Assembly (NCBI GenBank): GCA_977020255.1
Contig: CDROCS010000186.1
Location: forward strand, 62,001-126,000
DNA length: 64,000 bases
Reading direction: 5' to 3'
Source: Obrimoposthia wandeli
Lineage: Eukaryota
Shown here: piece by piece, positions 1 to 14,289 of the stretch
How positions within the stretch are numbered: position 1 is the first letter of the stretch
Layout of the letters: every line of letters starts with the position of its first letter
Translations under genes and position numbers: made by a program
Notes under the pieces: model-generated
Database searches by the model: none
What the model was told of the DNA's origin: nothing
What the model saw: only the letters and a program-made list of their open reading frames with translations

Positions 1-3000
1 AAAAAACCTTTGTAACGTGAAAATGAGACTGTTCCATCGAGTTTTAGTAATCAAAATTAGTATACAACCAAGTCTGACCTTAGATCAGTTGAAGTACAAA
101 ACACGTTGAACGATAAACTATATTTTGCAGTCATACTGAAATCTGAAGGTTTTATGTATGTTGTTTTGTGATATGTTCAAGGAGTTGTGTTCAGGATAAC
201 CAGAAGAAACTTTAAAACTAATGTTGTGTAATATGAGCTTAGGGCAGTTAGCCGTTTGTGTTAGAGTTTATTTCGGAAAATGGTCTGGTGAAACCAAGAA
301 CTAAATCAATGAAAACTGAGCTGAAGTCAAACGACGCTAGTGTTGCTCCACTGAACGTACCAGAGTTTGGAACACCAGCTACGTGATTTAACTCGCGGCT
401 AACCTATAGATTTATGAATTTGCCTATTCAGTAGGGTACTTCTTACTAAGGTGAACTCGCAGTGGTTCTAAATTCGATCTTTATTCTAAACACAAATTTC
501 TACGAACAAATATGGACAGGTTACAAAATGAGTGATTACAATTTCTTTACACAATAGTGCAACACTTTTTATTTTACTACTTTAACCTACGTTATGTCAT
601 TCGCCCAAACTCAATATTATACGATTAGATTCCAACTCAATATTACAAAATAAATATCCGTTTTACGATCAATGCAATATTACAAATACCAATTTAAATA
701 TGATTACTTTTCAATTCAGTATTACACAATAACTAATTATTTTACAATTCCTCGCCGATTCCTTTCCGATAATTGATTCTGTCCGAGTCTCTTCACTGAT
801 TCCTCGTTTGTGTGTCCTCCTTAGTCAGATCTCAGTCGGATCGCCTTTATCACTCAACAATTGTTGAAGAAATAGTCGCTTCTTTTCTTAGTGTCCTTCC
901 ACACAGTTCGGAAGTCGTCCTGCTGTTTTGGTTTGCTGCTTGTTTCTCTTTACTTTCTCTTCTAATTTCGTGTTTTTAATTTTGTGCTTAATAACAATTT
1001 ACTTACTACTTTTTATACGTTTCTCCTGTAATCCAATGTTCACTGCACAGTAGTTAGAATAATCCGTAGTTATGTGTTGAGTCTCCAAAAACGGATATCA
1101 CGACGATTGACAGTAAGTGTCCGTCCGCTGTAATAATACTCCGTTCGCTGCTTAGTAGGAAATTCCGATTCAGCTGTTGCCTGAATTGGTTATATAAATC
1201 GACGCTTCTACAAATCAATAACTACCTCCTGTCGATGACTAAGCAATTCTTGCTCGACTCTTGCATTTTTATTTATATTTTATTTAGACTCTATCTTCTA
1301 TTGCGGGTGTTTTGTACATTGTTTTTTAATCTATTTATACAATTTGTCTAACCTCCAGGTCTCAATTTATTTCTAATTTCATATATTCTAATTTTATTTT
1401 TAGCGCATTTCAATTTATTTCTATATTAACATTGTTTTTCTAGGTCAAATTCCCACTATGAATAATATTTTAATTTGATATTATAAATTTAATGATATTA
1501 TAAAAGGTTTGGGTCTGTTTCAGGCTTAGGAAGTTTACCCTGAATTTTAATTCTACTCAAATAAATGGTCCGGTTTCAGGACAACTAAATGAATATGATT
1601 ATAAAATTTAGTTTAAAAAACACAATTTTACTCGCCGTTTATAATTTGGTCGTCAATTTCGTATCTCGTTGCTTTAGTCCTCCTCTCGTCGGTCTGTTCC
1701 GGCTTCTGGCTTAGTCCTCTTGATCACCGTCGGTTGTGAGTTTTCCTTCTTCTGGATTTTCTCCTCGTGGGGAAATTCCTATTTTCTGTCGTGTTTCAGT
1801 ATTCTGTCCAAATCGGATATTCCTTCTTCTTTTATAGAATTCCCGTTGTCTAATGATTGGCTAACAAATTTGGAAAATCCAAATTGTGCGTGGTACTTCC
1901 TAGTACGACTAAATCCACTTCTTGCTTCTGTATTTTTGAGCGAGTTGTGGTGCCTCATGTGATTACTTATGCTGTTGAATCAGCGGTCACATGAGGTCAA
2001 GTAATTTCTATTTCTTGGAATTTCCAAATTCCTTAAATTGTTCCCTTCATAATTTTATTTAATCTTTTAAGGTTACAAAATGTCTTTGGCCACGACTATA
2101 AATATAGCCAATTATTCTATTATTTTTTATTAAATTTATCCGATTCTGGACCTCAACATTCGTGGGGTTTCCAAAGATTTTCGTCCCATAAAATTAAATA
2201 GGTTTTTATAATATTTTAGATGTTTGTTGGACAGAGATAAAAGTGATACATAAGCATATTTGTGCGCTATGCTATGATCGTAGAATAGATCACGATAAGA
2301 TACAGATAGATATAGATATAAAGTGTAGATACAGATTCGATATGCCATACTGTGATGATGTCAGTGTTACAATGTTTAGTCTAGTAACATTATGTCAGGT
2401 TCACTGTCAAGATCATCAAGATCAATGTTCATCTCGATAGTCTGCAGCTCCGATGTTTGATTCGGCTGTCGGAATTTCTTCCTTATGGGTAGCCATGGTG
2501 GGAGGATCTGGTCAATGCTTATATATGTGAATTCTCTCACAGGGCCCCATGGTAAGTCCGGCAGAGGGTACTCGTAGTTGCGAGACAAACTCGAGTAGTC
2601 AAATCTCTCAGCATAGTTGGGCTCGAAAAATTGATGGCGGTCTCCAGTGACCGGATGGTGTGACCTCGAGTTGCTCGTAACTCGTAATGATTTGGTCGTA
2701 TGATGTTGATAGTGCGGGTGTGAGAGGTGATGGTGATGAATGTGACGCTATGGGCGTTCCACTGTCATTTTGGTGGTTTGGGACCTTCTTAGAATTTTAG
2801 GTAGGCTCAGGTGGGAACATAGTTATTGCACTTCTTAAGGAAGCCTCTAGTGCGCGAGTTCTTTAAAGGTATAGGAATTGTGTGGAAGACCTATTGTGAC
2901 TAGTCTCAATTATTTGAAGGTAAATTTTTGTCCTACTGTAACTTATGGCTGCGTTTGTAAAACTGTTTATTTAATAAATCCTTATTCGTGGTTATGTGGT

Positions 3001-6000
3001 TCATAATATTCAAAATTATGGAAGTTTATATTCTCAAAGGGTTAAATTAGTTAGTTAATACGATTTACACATGTGAATTACAAATTGATATTCATATATG
3101 TAACAAAACAAGTTGATTTCACAATGTGTAATTTATAGCAAACAAGTCAGTACAGTCAGAATAATATAATATGTAAATAGTTTAGCTTATACAAAAAAAC
3201 TCAATATATGGGTAGAGTAATTGTAATGTAAGTGAAAATCAAAATATTGTAAATCCTAGCCCTGGGGGTTTCTTGATAGTTTATTTTTTTAGAAAAGGCT
3301 ATGGTCATTATATGGCTATAATGATTTAACTTTATCTACTAAAAACATAGGGATAAATACAGGTCAGTACTACGGTATAAAATATTACAATATTTTTATA
3401 TATTACATATTTTGTGTGAGTGTTAATCAATCGTATATATTTTGAAAAGATTTGGAGAACAAATTACAATATTTAAAGTAAATAACATAATAATTCTCAC
3501 GTGCCTCGTTTCCAAAATTATTTCTGTTACTTGTTCGCCCGTAGTTTCGTATTAGAATCATTAGCTTCTTTCTATGGAAAATTGTCAAATTTTTTGTCTT
3601 CGAGTCGTAAGTAACTAACTCTCTTTACGAACTTTATTTTCATTAAACATAATATATTTATTCATAAAACATCGATAACTTTTTTAAATTGTTTTTCTAG
3701 CCACCACTTATCATTTTTGATAAGTTAAAACAACATAGTCAAAGTTAATTACGAAAAATGCATTTGTTGTAAATGAAATTAAACTTTCTACGCCTTCACA
3801 CGGAATTTATAAAGCAAGCATGAGAAACTGAAACCATTAAAATAGAATAAAAGCTACAATCAAAGAGCAAAACTGAGTATAGTATTTTGACGGTAAACAA
3901 ATGTACAAGATTGAAATACAAGAATGCATCCACAAATATATGTATATATAAAAATACTTTATTTAAATCTTCACATTTTGGGGTTTCATATTAACCAGGG
4001 ATAGAGTTGTCAAAATAATACATCGCATAGGATAAAACTTTATTTTCATAATATACGATAAAAACCTTTTAAATTCCAATCGCTAACTCGATAATATTGT
4101 TCACAAATTCAAATTCAATTTTTTTCTTAGCAATATTCCATAAACATTTCAATTCAAAAACTTCAATATATAGTTTCAAAATAAAATTTTATTTCGCAAT
4201 ATCAATAACCTTTCTTAACAACTAGTTTTTTTGTCACCATTACTTTCAAGGTCATAAGTTAAATATTAAAACAATTAATCCTTTAAAGACCTTTACCACT
4301 ATTTTCATTGCCCACCCATCATCGTCATCCTAATTATTACTATAATTATTACTATTTAATTTATTTTATTAGATAATCACATGCTTACTTTTATTATTCA
4401 GCATGTGATTATCTTCATAAATGACTTCCATTGCAAAACACTGTATATATAAACAGAATATCCTCTTCGTTCTTAACAAGTCTTCATATTTCAGAAATTT
4501 TAAAATAAACTTGATTTTGAAACTGGCAAATGTCTATATTTGTGTTGGAATTGGTTATGACAGGCTGGATAGTGATGTGACTGGCCCAACAGGGAAACAC
4601 ACATAAAATACCCGCTATGGGGGTTCAGAGGTGAAAAACCATTATAAACACACAAAGACATAAAACTAAGCTAAAGCAAGCCTCAGAACACTTTAAAGGT
4701 TTTGAACACCTCTTTGGTACTGTTGATCAATGCTCCGAATGCAGTATACCAGCTGCAGGTGTCTTGTGTTTCTTGACTCCTGGTAGGAGCGTCTGTTGGG
4801 TTCTGTTGAGTGCTGATATGGTGCACTATTAGTCTTTTCACATTTGCAAAAAGGGCATAACCTTTGAAGCTAACATTTCGAGCCTTGCATCTAATTTTAC
4901 ATCACTGAATTCGTCTGTTTATATGAACATCTAATTTCAAAAAGTGACTAAATGGATGCGATTGTTATATATTTAGTCGCTATTACATTTGAAAATTAGT
5001 GTTATTAACTCAAATAGCTATTACATAAATTTACATTTACTAGTTGTAACATGACTTAATGTTTAATTATGGGTTTTTCAAATTTTATCGAAAGTGAGTA
5101 TTGCTTACCTTCCTAGGTGTTAAATTTGTATGCCTAAACACTAACAAAATAATACAAAATAACGATAATCAGTCTGGACGAAGTCGCAAGATTAGACGCA
5201 AAAGGGAATCTTTTACTCGAGGACATGTTCCAAATACTGGAGACCCTGTTCAATAGAGCTGCCCCTTTATGATGTGGTGGCACGACTATATCAAAATATT
5301 TTTCCTATATATTTAGCGCACTATTCAATGGACTATTATCAGCCAATTTTAAGATGGCCAATTCAAAATAAAAATCTTGATGATAAAATAATTAGAGGTA
5401 ATAAAATCATACACATGATATTAAACATTTTAAATATTACTTAAGATTTTTATTTAGTTGATACAATTTATTTGCAAATTTAAATTGTTCAGAAGTTGGT
5501 TCTTGTAATTTGGAGTTTTCTTTAAAATTATTTTTATCATTCTCTTTTTGTTGCAATATTTTTTTAGCATTTCTAGAAAATCCAGTTCCAACCATAATTT
5601 TTACTTTCATAATTAATTTATTAATGGGTCTTGCAACTTTCTCAATATCAATATTTATCCAAACAGATTATGTACACAAGTAATTATATTCCAAAATTGG
5701 TAAGATGGTATTTTTTCTTTGTGAAGATGAATTATTTTTAGATCTCCTATTACTATAATGAAATTTTAAAAAAAGTATCATAAAAAATACCTTTATGTTC
5801 GAATAAATCCAAAAGTTGTTCAATAGTTAATTCTAGTGCAACATATAAGTTAAAATATTTTTCCATATATTTATTGAAAAGTTCATGTGATTAATTAGTT
5901 TTTAATGCACATAGCATGTCGACATAACTATATTTGATATTCATTTGAAATATAATGAAATCCGTTTATTTTATATCCTATACTCAATTTTGATTAGTTA

Positions 6001-6529
6001 ATGATTTTGATTGATTAAATTCAATAAAAAAGATAAAAGAAACCAAGATTTATTGTACAACTTTATATATTCTACTTGAAGTTTAAAATGAGAAGTTCTA
6101 ACTTCTCAATTTCAATTTTTAATGTACGAACATCTATTTGATAAGTAACCAATTTGCAATTTCTGAGTTCGAAATCTCAAATCCTCAGTTTCGAAACGAG
6201 TGAATCCATTTTATCATCCTAAAATATAAAGTTAGAATCATTGTTCAAAACTATTTGATTATAATAATATTACCAATTCTATATAATGAAAAAGACAGTA
6301 TAACTCATAATATGTATTATACAAATAATATCAGTAAAAATTTATATTTATAAATTTTTATATTATTTAATTAATACTGATTATTATAATGACCAAAAGT
6401 TAAACTATTGTTTCTATCTATTCATTTTCCTTTGTCATCAAAACCGAAGAGAGGTAAGCTTATTTGTGTCTATAGTGTATGGTAGGTGGTCGATAGAGCC
6501 AATTCTGATTTGATTAACGGACTCAGAGA

Positions 6530-6960
6530 TACCATCCTAGTAACACTTTAGGTAATTATTATGATTTAATTCTGTTTGTTTTAATGATATACCCTTTGCT
6601 CTCTGAGAAGTCTTTAATGAATAACATTTAAGTTTTAAGAATACCCATTCATAAAAACTTTATCTATCGCCATTTTTATCTTTAAATTTTCCACTTACAC
6701 TCTTAAATTTATCAGTATATACTGGTATCAAGCAATTCATCATCAATCATCTGCTTAAGTAATATATTTTGATTTACATTATGACCTTCCAAGACAAATA
6801 AATCGATATCCATAGCTACAATTAGATTCCATTTTTCGACAACTTCCTAATGATAAATGATAATATCTCAAAGAATACATATCTGATTTGAAAATAACTT
6901 AAGTATAATCTGTATGAATTTCTATATATTAACTTGGTTTTGTAGTGCTAAATGCTAGAT
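6530..6960 (-). pseudogene. Degenerate C-terminal fragment of a protein-primed family B DNA polymerase (Maverick type)
   Basis: Manual minus-strand translation gives VAMDIDLF..LLKQMIDDELLDTS..KFKD..EWVFLKLKCYSLKTSQRAKGISLKQTEL. This is collinear with the pPolB C-termini at 8586-9100, 52112-52700 and 62586-63052. It contains stops and frameshifts. Confidence 0.75.
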
Positions 6961-8585
6961 TTCCAATATATTGAGTAGTATGTACTTTATAATTGATATT
7001 TGAGAGTTTCAATATAAACAATATCGTATGATTCACATGTCCTTATATATAGTATTCCCACACTAACATACACACATGAACATAGTATAAACAAAATCCA
7101 TACGAACATGTACTTACACACTCATGAATACCATTGAAGTGAAACAACCAATTAAAATCTTTGACCAATCAAATGAGGTTAGGTAGAATATAAACAGCTA
7201 AATATTTATTTCATTCATTATTTCTGATTACAATGCTAACAAACTTAATAATAAAGAAGGTAACTCCGAAGGAAACCCCAGATAAGAAGAAGAGATCAAT
7301 TGCTAATACAATTCCATTAAAAAATAAATGATGAGGCTAAGGATTTTATTAAACATTTATTTTGCGATATCATCAATGATATCATCAAATTGAAGAATCC
7401 ACAATTTCAAGATCCTTATCATTACTACGGATAGGATATGTATTTACTCAAAAATCCTTGCATGTACCATTTCTCAAATATTCTCAAATATTATATCATC
7501 AAATATATCAATTATGAATATATTAAATAATTAAATGAAATCATGCAACAATTCATAGTAATTCTATCTTGATTCGAGCCGGGAATCGTATTTTTGCGGA
7601 TTATTGAAAAAAGAAAAATAAACGTGATGGAAGTTTGAAACCAATATGAAAGATTACCAGAGAATGTATAATGTTATAAACTATTGATAAGTAATGATGA
7701 TGACCTGATGATGCAGGGTGAAATATCTGCGAAAGAAGGTATCATATGACTCGAATTTAATTAATTTATTTGACATCAGTTCTGAGTTAGTACCAACACT
7801 ATAGTACCTAAATGTCTATGTAGTCATTTTTCGTTAAAATGTTTTAAAATTACACAGCAAGTCTCGAAATCACGCATACTAACTCAAGGCAATAGGTCCC
7901 TGCAAAACCATTGTTGACGTAGTATGCATGATTACAAAACCTTTTTCAAATATCGCGATATTTCTTAAGTAGTTTAAGTAAATGATTTTAAGTGACTAAA
8001 GTCTCCTTTGGGAGCCCTTCATCTGAAGACTGGGCAGCACCTTTGGCAAAGAATATATATTTAGATTACTTTTGTTTATAGTACATCTTGAGAAAAATCA
8101 AATAATAAGTAAAATCAATAAATTATTTATTTATGATTACAAATCGGCGTCTCATGATGATAGTAGTATTGAATATCTCCCATAACTATTTAATGTATAT
8201 TAAATTTTTTAATATAAAACCTTACTTTGATGATATTGAAAAAGTTCTACTATTCTTAATTTGAAAAGTTCCGGAGCACAATATATTGAAAAATATCGTT
8301 CTGTATAAAGTTTGAAAATTTCTTCTTTAAGGTTTGTCCAACATATCCAACATATCCAAAGTACTTAAAGTCATAATGATGAAATGATTTTAAAACTAAA
8401 GTGTTTCGATTATATAAAAGCCTAACTTCAATATAATTGGTCAACTAATCAAATTAATCCTATATGATAAATAAAGTGATTAAACACAAAAGTTGTATTA
8501 TTATATACAAGCGAATGAATGAATGATAATATACATTAAATAATTAATAACAAAACAAAAAACTATATATCTTATTTAAAAACTA

Positions 8586-11500
8586 TTAAGTTAAATTAAA
8601 ATTACCATAAGCAAGGGTTTTATTCTTACTAACCCATCTCATTTTATCGTCAAAACATTTTAAAGCAACTTTAGAGCTAAATGTTGTATGATGCTGATGG
8701 TTAATCGATGCTATACGTTACTGGTTAACACTCATAATTTCTTCATTTTCATAACAGTCTTGGTGTCTTAAATTAGTTTGTTTTAAAGAAATACCCTTAG
8801 CCCTTAATTTATTTTGATGTTAATAACATTTTGGTTTTAAGAAAACCCACTCATTATAATCAGTACCCTTTCGTCTTTAAATTTTCCAATTACAGCTTTA
8901 AAGTTTTCTGAATACAAGGGATGTGTTTTTAGGATAATTACTCGTATCTAAATATTCGTCCTTAATCATTTCTTTGAGTAATTTATCTTTATTAATATTC
9001 ACACAGTCAAGGAAAAAAGAATCTGTGTCCATAGCTACAATTCAAATACTATAATTAAAAGTTTGCCTATACCGTTCAAGCTCAACATATTGTAATTGAT
9101 ACATTCGTAATTTATATAGATCAAGTACAGCTTGACCGATATAGGATGCCGATCTAAACATATTTCCTATTTCTGCATAAAAACTAAATTTAAATAATCA
9201 TTTATTTGAGTATGACGTTTAAACCAAGGACTCAAACTAATTTTTCAAACCGTTTATCGTTATTACATAATCTGATATCAAGCCGATTCTTAAGATTCTC
9301 AACCGTTTTACCGTAAACGGAATTATTTTTTTAATTTAAAAAACTATTATTCAAACCTATTAACACCAGTTGCATGCTTGTTTGAATTCAAATCTATATA
9401 TTGTTTGAAAACGGGTGCTTGTGTAAACCGAATAGCCCTCTGAATCTTTAAGATTTCAGCACCAAGAAAAACATAGAATTGTAGTAAACGGAAATGTATT
9501 ACATAATGTTCTTTATCATTATGTGTTAAAAGTAATTTAGGAGTTTTTGAGTTTGGTGGACACATCTTATGTGGTCCAATAGGTAAGTCATCAACTTTAT
9601 CATGTATACGATCCGGAATATGTAAATCTTCTTCAACAAGAAAACCCCATACGGTTTTACTTAAATCCCTTTCACTTCCAATTAAATTCAAAATTATCAT
9701 GCACCCATTTAAATTCCATATGTGGTAAAGGTTGACTTAAAGCCCATCCGTATAAGTTATTCACATCTATATAGAGAAGTGATGTACTATCATCGGACTT
9801 ACAATAATGTGTATTGACAAAAGTCATACTTCCTCTAATACCTGCTTCAAAAAGATTAAACATTTCTAGATCATGAAGCAATTATACTTTATGTTTTAAT
9901 GATTTTATTGCACTACACCAACTAAGACCGGGAATACTAAAGAAATTAAGAGCCTCAAGATTATCATCAGATCTAACTTTCTGTCTAAAAGCCTCAAATA
10001 CATCACAAAGTAAGTATACATCAAGACGCATATATTCCATCATATAGTCTTTTATTTAAGTGCAACCTATTTTTGTCCACATTGTATGAGCTAAATTATA
10101 TTTATCATCTGTAATGCTATTAGGAAATTTGCATTTTGGAGGCAATCTATCTTCATACAACTTAGATTCACTGGAAATATATTCATAAGGGAAAACGCCT
10201 TTACTAGATATAAAATCAGTACTAAAATATCTTGAGATTTACGGTGAACTTGGAAGATAACTAACCAATCTTTCAAGACTAGTTGTAAAAAGATATGAAT
10301 CTAAAATTTCAATGTTCCAGTTGATAATTCTATTTTGAGAGCCATGCATTTTTCACTAGATTTGGGTATGATTGAATAACCTTTCCCTTTGCAAATTTTA
10401 AAATATGATGAATATCATAACCCATTAAGTTGTGAAAAAGTACTGGTAACATAGTTCTTTTACCGAATCTATGAGATAACTTACATTTATTAAACGCTGC
10501 ACCCAAGAATAAACCTGAAATATGATCATGATCACGTACTAAATCTCTAGTGATTTAATAACAAAGGTAACATATGCGACTCTTTTGAAAAGCTACCTGA
10601 TTTTCATTTACATTATAAGTGGTGCATGCATATTATTTCTCCAAAAAGGTGCAACAATTTCATTAAGAATTTCCGTTAATTTATCAATAAAGTATGTAAC
10701 ACAATCTAAACCGAAATACGAAAAGTATTCTATTGTGTTAGTAACATTTTTTTTAAACAACATTCCAACTGCAATGGGAGTATGTATATTAGGCCGGGTC
10801 GAAATTTTATATTTGAATTACACATTATGCCTTGAGTTCCCTTTGGGTTCCTGAACAACATACTAAAATTACATTGCCATGCGACCCACCCTACCCATCG
10901 CATACGACCCCATCATTTTTGTTAAATCGTATATATTGTATATGTTTGACAGTCACATCAGGTTCTAAAATACTTTCAAAATCAGCGTAAACTACAAAAG
11001 GAGGTTGAACTGACTTTGACCAATCTGTGAATTCCCAATATTTATTATCCGGCTTAGTGAATAAAGTTAGTGTATCAGTATTAAAATTACAATGGGTTCT
11101 ATGTTTATCATAAGCTGCCACAGTTCGAAAACCAAAAAGACATTTCTGACACCAGTAAAGGCGTAAACCATAGCTATGACAATTAAATAATACCACAATA
11201 ATGATAAGTGTTAAGGTCTTCTAACGAAAGTAAATTAACAATTTGATTACATTCCCGTAGTTTTGTTCGGTAAATTATACTAACTGCAGGACTTTTCAAT
11301 ACAATTATTTAACTTGTCTGTTCTAATAACAATAAAATCATCATCGAAAACTGCAGTCTTACAACTAATAGGCCATGTTTTAAATTAGTTTTCTATGTTT
11401 ACAAATTGAGCTTCAATACCAAATTGGATTTTGCAAGGCCCAAATGCATTAATTTTTTCATATCATTATTAATAACCAGTTTTAGCATATTTTGGTTAGA

Positions 11501-11665
11501 TGTAGTATCAAAAATAAGATTACCTTGAAGTGCGCCACCTATTTGATTATCATTTGTTATTGCTTCAAGGCCTACAGTTGCTACAAATTCATTATATAAT
11601 TTATAAAAAAAAATCATTATATAATTCATAAAAAAGTTGTTTTTCATGTGTATAAAGTAAATCAT
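8586..11665 (-). pseudogene. Protein-primed DNA polymerase B of the Maverick (copy A), fragmented
   Basis: Motifs: PFVVYADFES (ExoI), LNFFSIPGLSW, GIRGSMTF, LYIDVNNLYGWALSQ (motif A), VAMDTDSFF (motif C) and C-terminal FDDKMRWVSKNKTLAYG ending at the stop 8586-8588. ORF-track pieces are 10891-11196, 9672-9881 and 9347-9700. The N-terminal boundary is uncertain. Confidence 0.9.
10790..10936. mobile_element. 147-bp insertion with 7-bp target-site duplication inside pPolB A
   Basis: TGTATAT flanks it at 10783-10789 and 10937-10943. Removing the insert plus one copy restores the frame DVTVKHIHTPIAVG, matching HQIHLPIAAG in pPolB B. No TIR seen. Confidence 0.7.
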
Positions 11666-11974
11666 TAAAATCTAGAGATTCATTTCAATACTTATCTAAT
11701 TCATCATCATCATCATTTAAAAATGTAGCGAAATCAAAATTAGGTGAAAATGTTGGACTATCAACTATTTGGAAATCAAAACTATCAACTGGTATTATAT
11801 TATTAATTGTTTCTAGTTTTATAACTTCATTACTTCTTGATGATGGTGATGATTTACGTTTATAATTTGATTTCTTGGTATTAAAATAAGAATAAAAATC
11901 TAAATATTCTATGTTTGTGAACAATATATCACACGATGGACATATGGATTCGTTTTTAAACTTTTAATATTTTT

Positions 11975-12456
11975 TCATAACCTCATGACAATTACTAGTA
12001 TAATAGTTATAAAGTTTACATGGTGGGAAACCATTTTAGGAAAAATACTAATTAAAGCGCCATCAAACAGCACATCAGCTAACCTATCATCAAGGTTGAA
12101 TGATGTACCTAATCGATTAAAATATAATTTTCGGGTTCCATATATTGAGTAAATTTTCTCAGCTAAGTCTTTTCTCAGGGCATCTTGTGAAATTTTAATA
12201 ACTTTAAAACAATTAAGTAAACTTGTATTAATATTTATAAAACGATCATTAAAACTAGAATTAACACCAAACATTGTAGGAAAAATGGTGACAAGTGCTG
12301 CGTCATATAAGACATCGCTAACCTTGTCACAAAAATTAAAGAACTTTCCAATTTGTTTAAAATATAATTTGCATGAACCAAACGCAATATAAATTTTTCA
12401 GCAAGGTCTCTAATTAGTTTATCAGGTTCAATTTCTATTTGTTTAATGGAATGCAA
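11975..12456 (-). pseudogene. Maverick accessory ORF(s) with an internally duplicated domain, unknown function
   Basis: Two overlapping ORFs contain alignable segments: RDLAEKFILRLVHANYILNKLESSL..TRLA and KDLAEKIYSIYGTRKLYFNRLGTSF..DRLA. Confidence 0.4.
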
Positions 12457-12859
12457 TAAATCAGCATGAATTGTTAACTATTCTAGCTCTTTTTTTAGTT
12501 TCCTTCTTTTTAAAGCGTCGTTTCAGCTTATCCTTAAGGCGCTTACCCCGTTTACCTGACACTTTAACTTTGGTTATTGATTCAACATTAATATTATCTC
12601 GTACATCATTTTTATGGTTTTTTTGTCACTCACATCTACTAAAAAATGACATAAATCATTAAAAGGAGACGTATTTGGGCTGCCTATTGGTGTAACAAAA
12701 TATGGTTTATTAATCAAAAAATATTTAGTGTTGCTGTTATTATTTTTTAAGTAGATGATAACATCTCCATTGCAGAGCCGCCTAAAGCGGGGAGCCCTTT
12801 ATCCAAATCAATGTTACCATTATTAAAAAAAAATCAAATTATTCATTATAAAAAATATA

Positions 12860-13080
12860 ATAATAATACAGAGATACACAAGAGATTGTCAAGATATTCA
12901 ACTTCTCAACTTTTTAAATCAAATTCAACTTTCAATCAAATTCAAAAATACACAATAGATTGTCAAGATATTCAACTTCTCAACTTTTTAAATCAAATTC
13001 AACTTTCAATGAAATTCAACTTTTCAAATCAAATTCAACTTCTCAATTTCTAATCAAATTCAACTTCAACTTTTCAAATT
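12860..13080. repeat. Short degenerate tandem repeats (CAAATTCAACTT units; a ~90-bp duplication)
   Basis: AGATTGTCAAGATATTCAACTTCTCAACTTTTTAAATCAAATTCAACTTTCAAT occurs twice, followed by further CAAATTCAACTT units. Confidence 0.75.
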
Positions 13081-13601
13081 TCTAATAAATGAATCTAAAA
13101 TAAATAAAAATGTCTTACATCAAAAATCGTTAAACAGGGACTGCCATTAATGAAAAATGGTATTGTTTATATCAAAATAAACACCCACAACGTAGGATAA
13201 TGTAAAAAACTTACAAAAATAAAAAATTCGGTACTAAACGCTTATAACGTAGTATATTTTAAAAATTAGATTTTCAACATTTTATTTTAGATTTGTAAAA
13301 ATTATTTTTTAAATCTTTAATTTCATTTAAAATATTGATTTTTATATAAAACTCTACATAATTTAAATCTATATAAATTTCAGATTCTAAAAATGTCAAT
13401 AATTGTTTTAAAAATTTATTTTTAGTTTATTGTTTTATGTAATTTAGTATGATTATTCAGTGTTTTTAGAATTTTTAAATTTTTAAAAGGTTTTAAAACT
13501 TTTTTTATAATTTTTTGCAAACGATTGTAAAACATGTCATTTATAAATGTATTTAAAAATTTTATTGAAATTAATATTTATAATCTATATAAATCTAACT
13601 T

Positions 13602-13961
13602 TTATAAAATAAGTCGTTTAAATTCGTAAAATTTATTAAGAAACTTGATGATACAACCATAAAAGACATAATGATCACAATTAGTAGTTAATAGGTTTTG
13701 CATACGAATTTTATTTTTGAATACATGGCGTTTCACTTGAGTTTCCACATGTCTGATGAGTGCTGACGGATAATAAATTCCTAGAGGATCGAATACGTGT
13801 ACACTATCACGTCTCACGAATAGCGAAATACAGTGTTCACCAGGTAAATTACTTGTATGAGTATTTACAGCATATCCGCCAGGCTTTAGAGCCGGTATTT
13901 TATCCATGGGAAACACTCCTTTGAATTTCTGTTCCAATAATTCAATTCTGACAGCATACAA
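13602..13961 (-). CDS. Adenain-like (C5) maturation cysteine protease of the Maverick, 5'-truncated
   Basis: YAVNTHTSNLPGEHC (His), FDPLG (Asp) and RMQNLLTTNCDHY (Gln/Cys) follow the adenovirus/Polinton protease motif order. Confidence 0.85.
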   Translation of the reverse strand: MYAVRIELLEQKFKGVFPMDKIPALKPGGYAVNTHTSNLPGEHCISLFVRRDSVHVFDPLGIYYPSALIRHVETQVKRHVFKNKIRMQNLLTTNCDHYVFYGCIIKFLNKFYEFKRLIL

Positions 13962-14259
13962 TCAATACGAGTATTATTCAAGTGAATTTGTAGATCTTTA
14001 AAGTGTATGGAAAAAGAAATTTGATAGGTACGAATTTATCGGCTTCCACTATGTCAATATAACTGTTTGTTCCATTATGTTTTAAAACTTTAATTTTCAA
14101 ATATAATAGAGAATCATTCAAATCTAAATATTCTGTTTCACTCCATTGAATAATAAACTCAATTGTATTATTATTACTACCGGTAATATTATTAACAAGG
14201 TAAATATTCTCAAAACATCCATTTTCTATAGCAATTTCAGGTAGTGGACGAATAAACAA
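13962..14259 (-). pseudogene. N-terminal ~100 aa of the double-jelly-roll major capsid protein; remainder deleted
   Basis: TIEFII..ETEYLDLNDSLLYLKIKV, then after a frameshift FHTLFKDLQIHLN, matches the start of Maverick major capsid proteins. It abuts the protease directly. Confidence 0.75.
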
Positions 14260-14289
14260 ACATAATGTAGATTTTGCACAAGCAATTTC

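Noticed and set aside
11-2900. LTR-like, strand-biased segment (TGTAAC..GTTACA, 11-2077) and a Ser/Pro-rich degenerate ORF at ~2376-2820
   Set aside because: Probably retroelement-derived, but there is no matching TSD, no second copy and no recognisable domain, so no feature is supportable.
7690-7755. Hammerhead-like CTGATGA..GCAG/CTGC..GAAA motif
   Set aside because: Stem II forms, but there is no stem III and no proper stem I/UH cleavage site.
8256-8444. Possible GIY-YIG nuclease (YVGQT)
   Set aside because: Only one short motif. The GIY, Arg and Glu motifs are not convincingly present.
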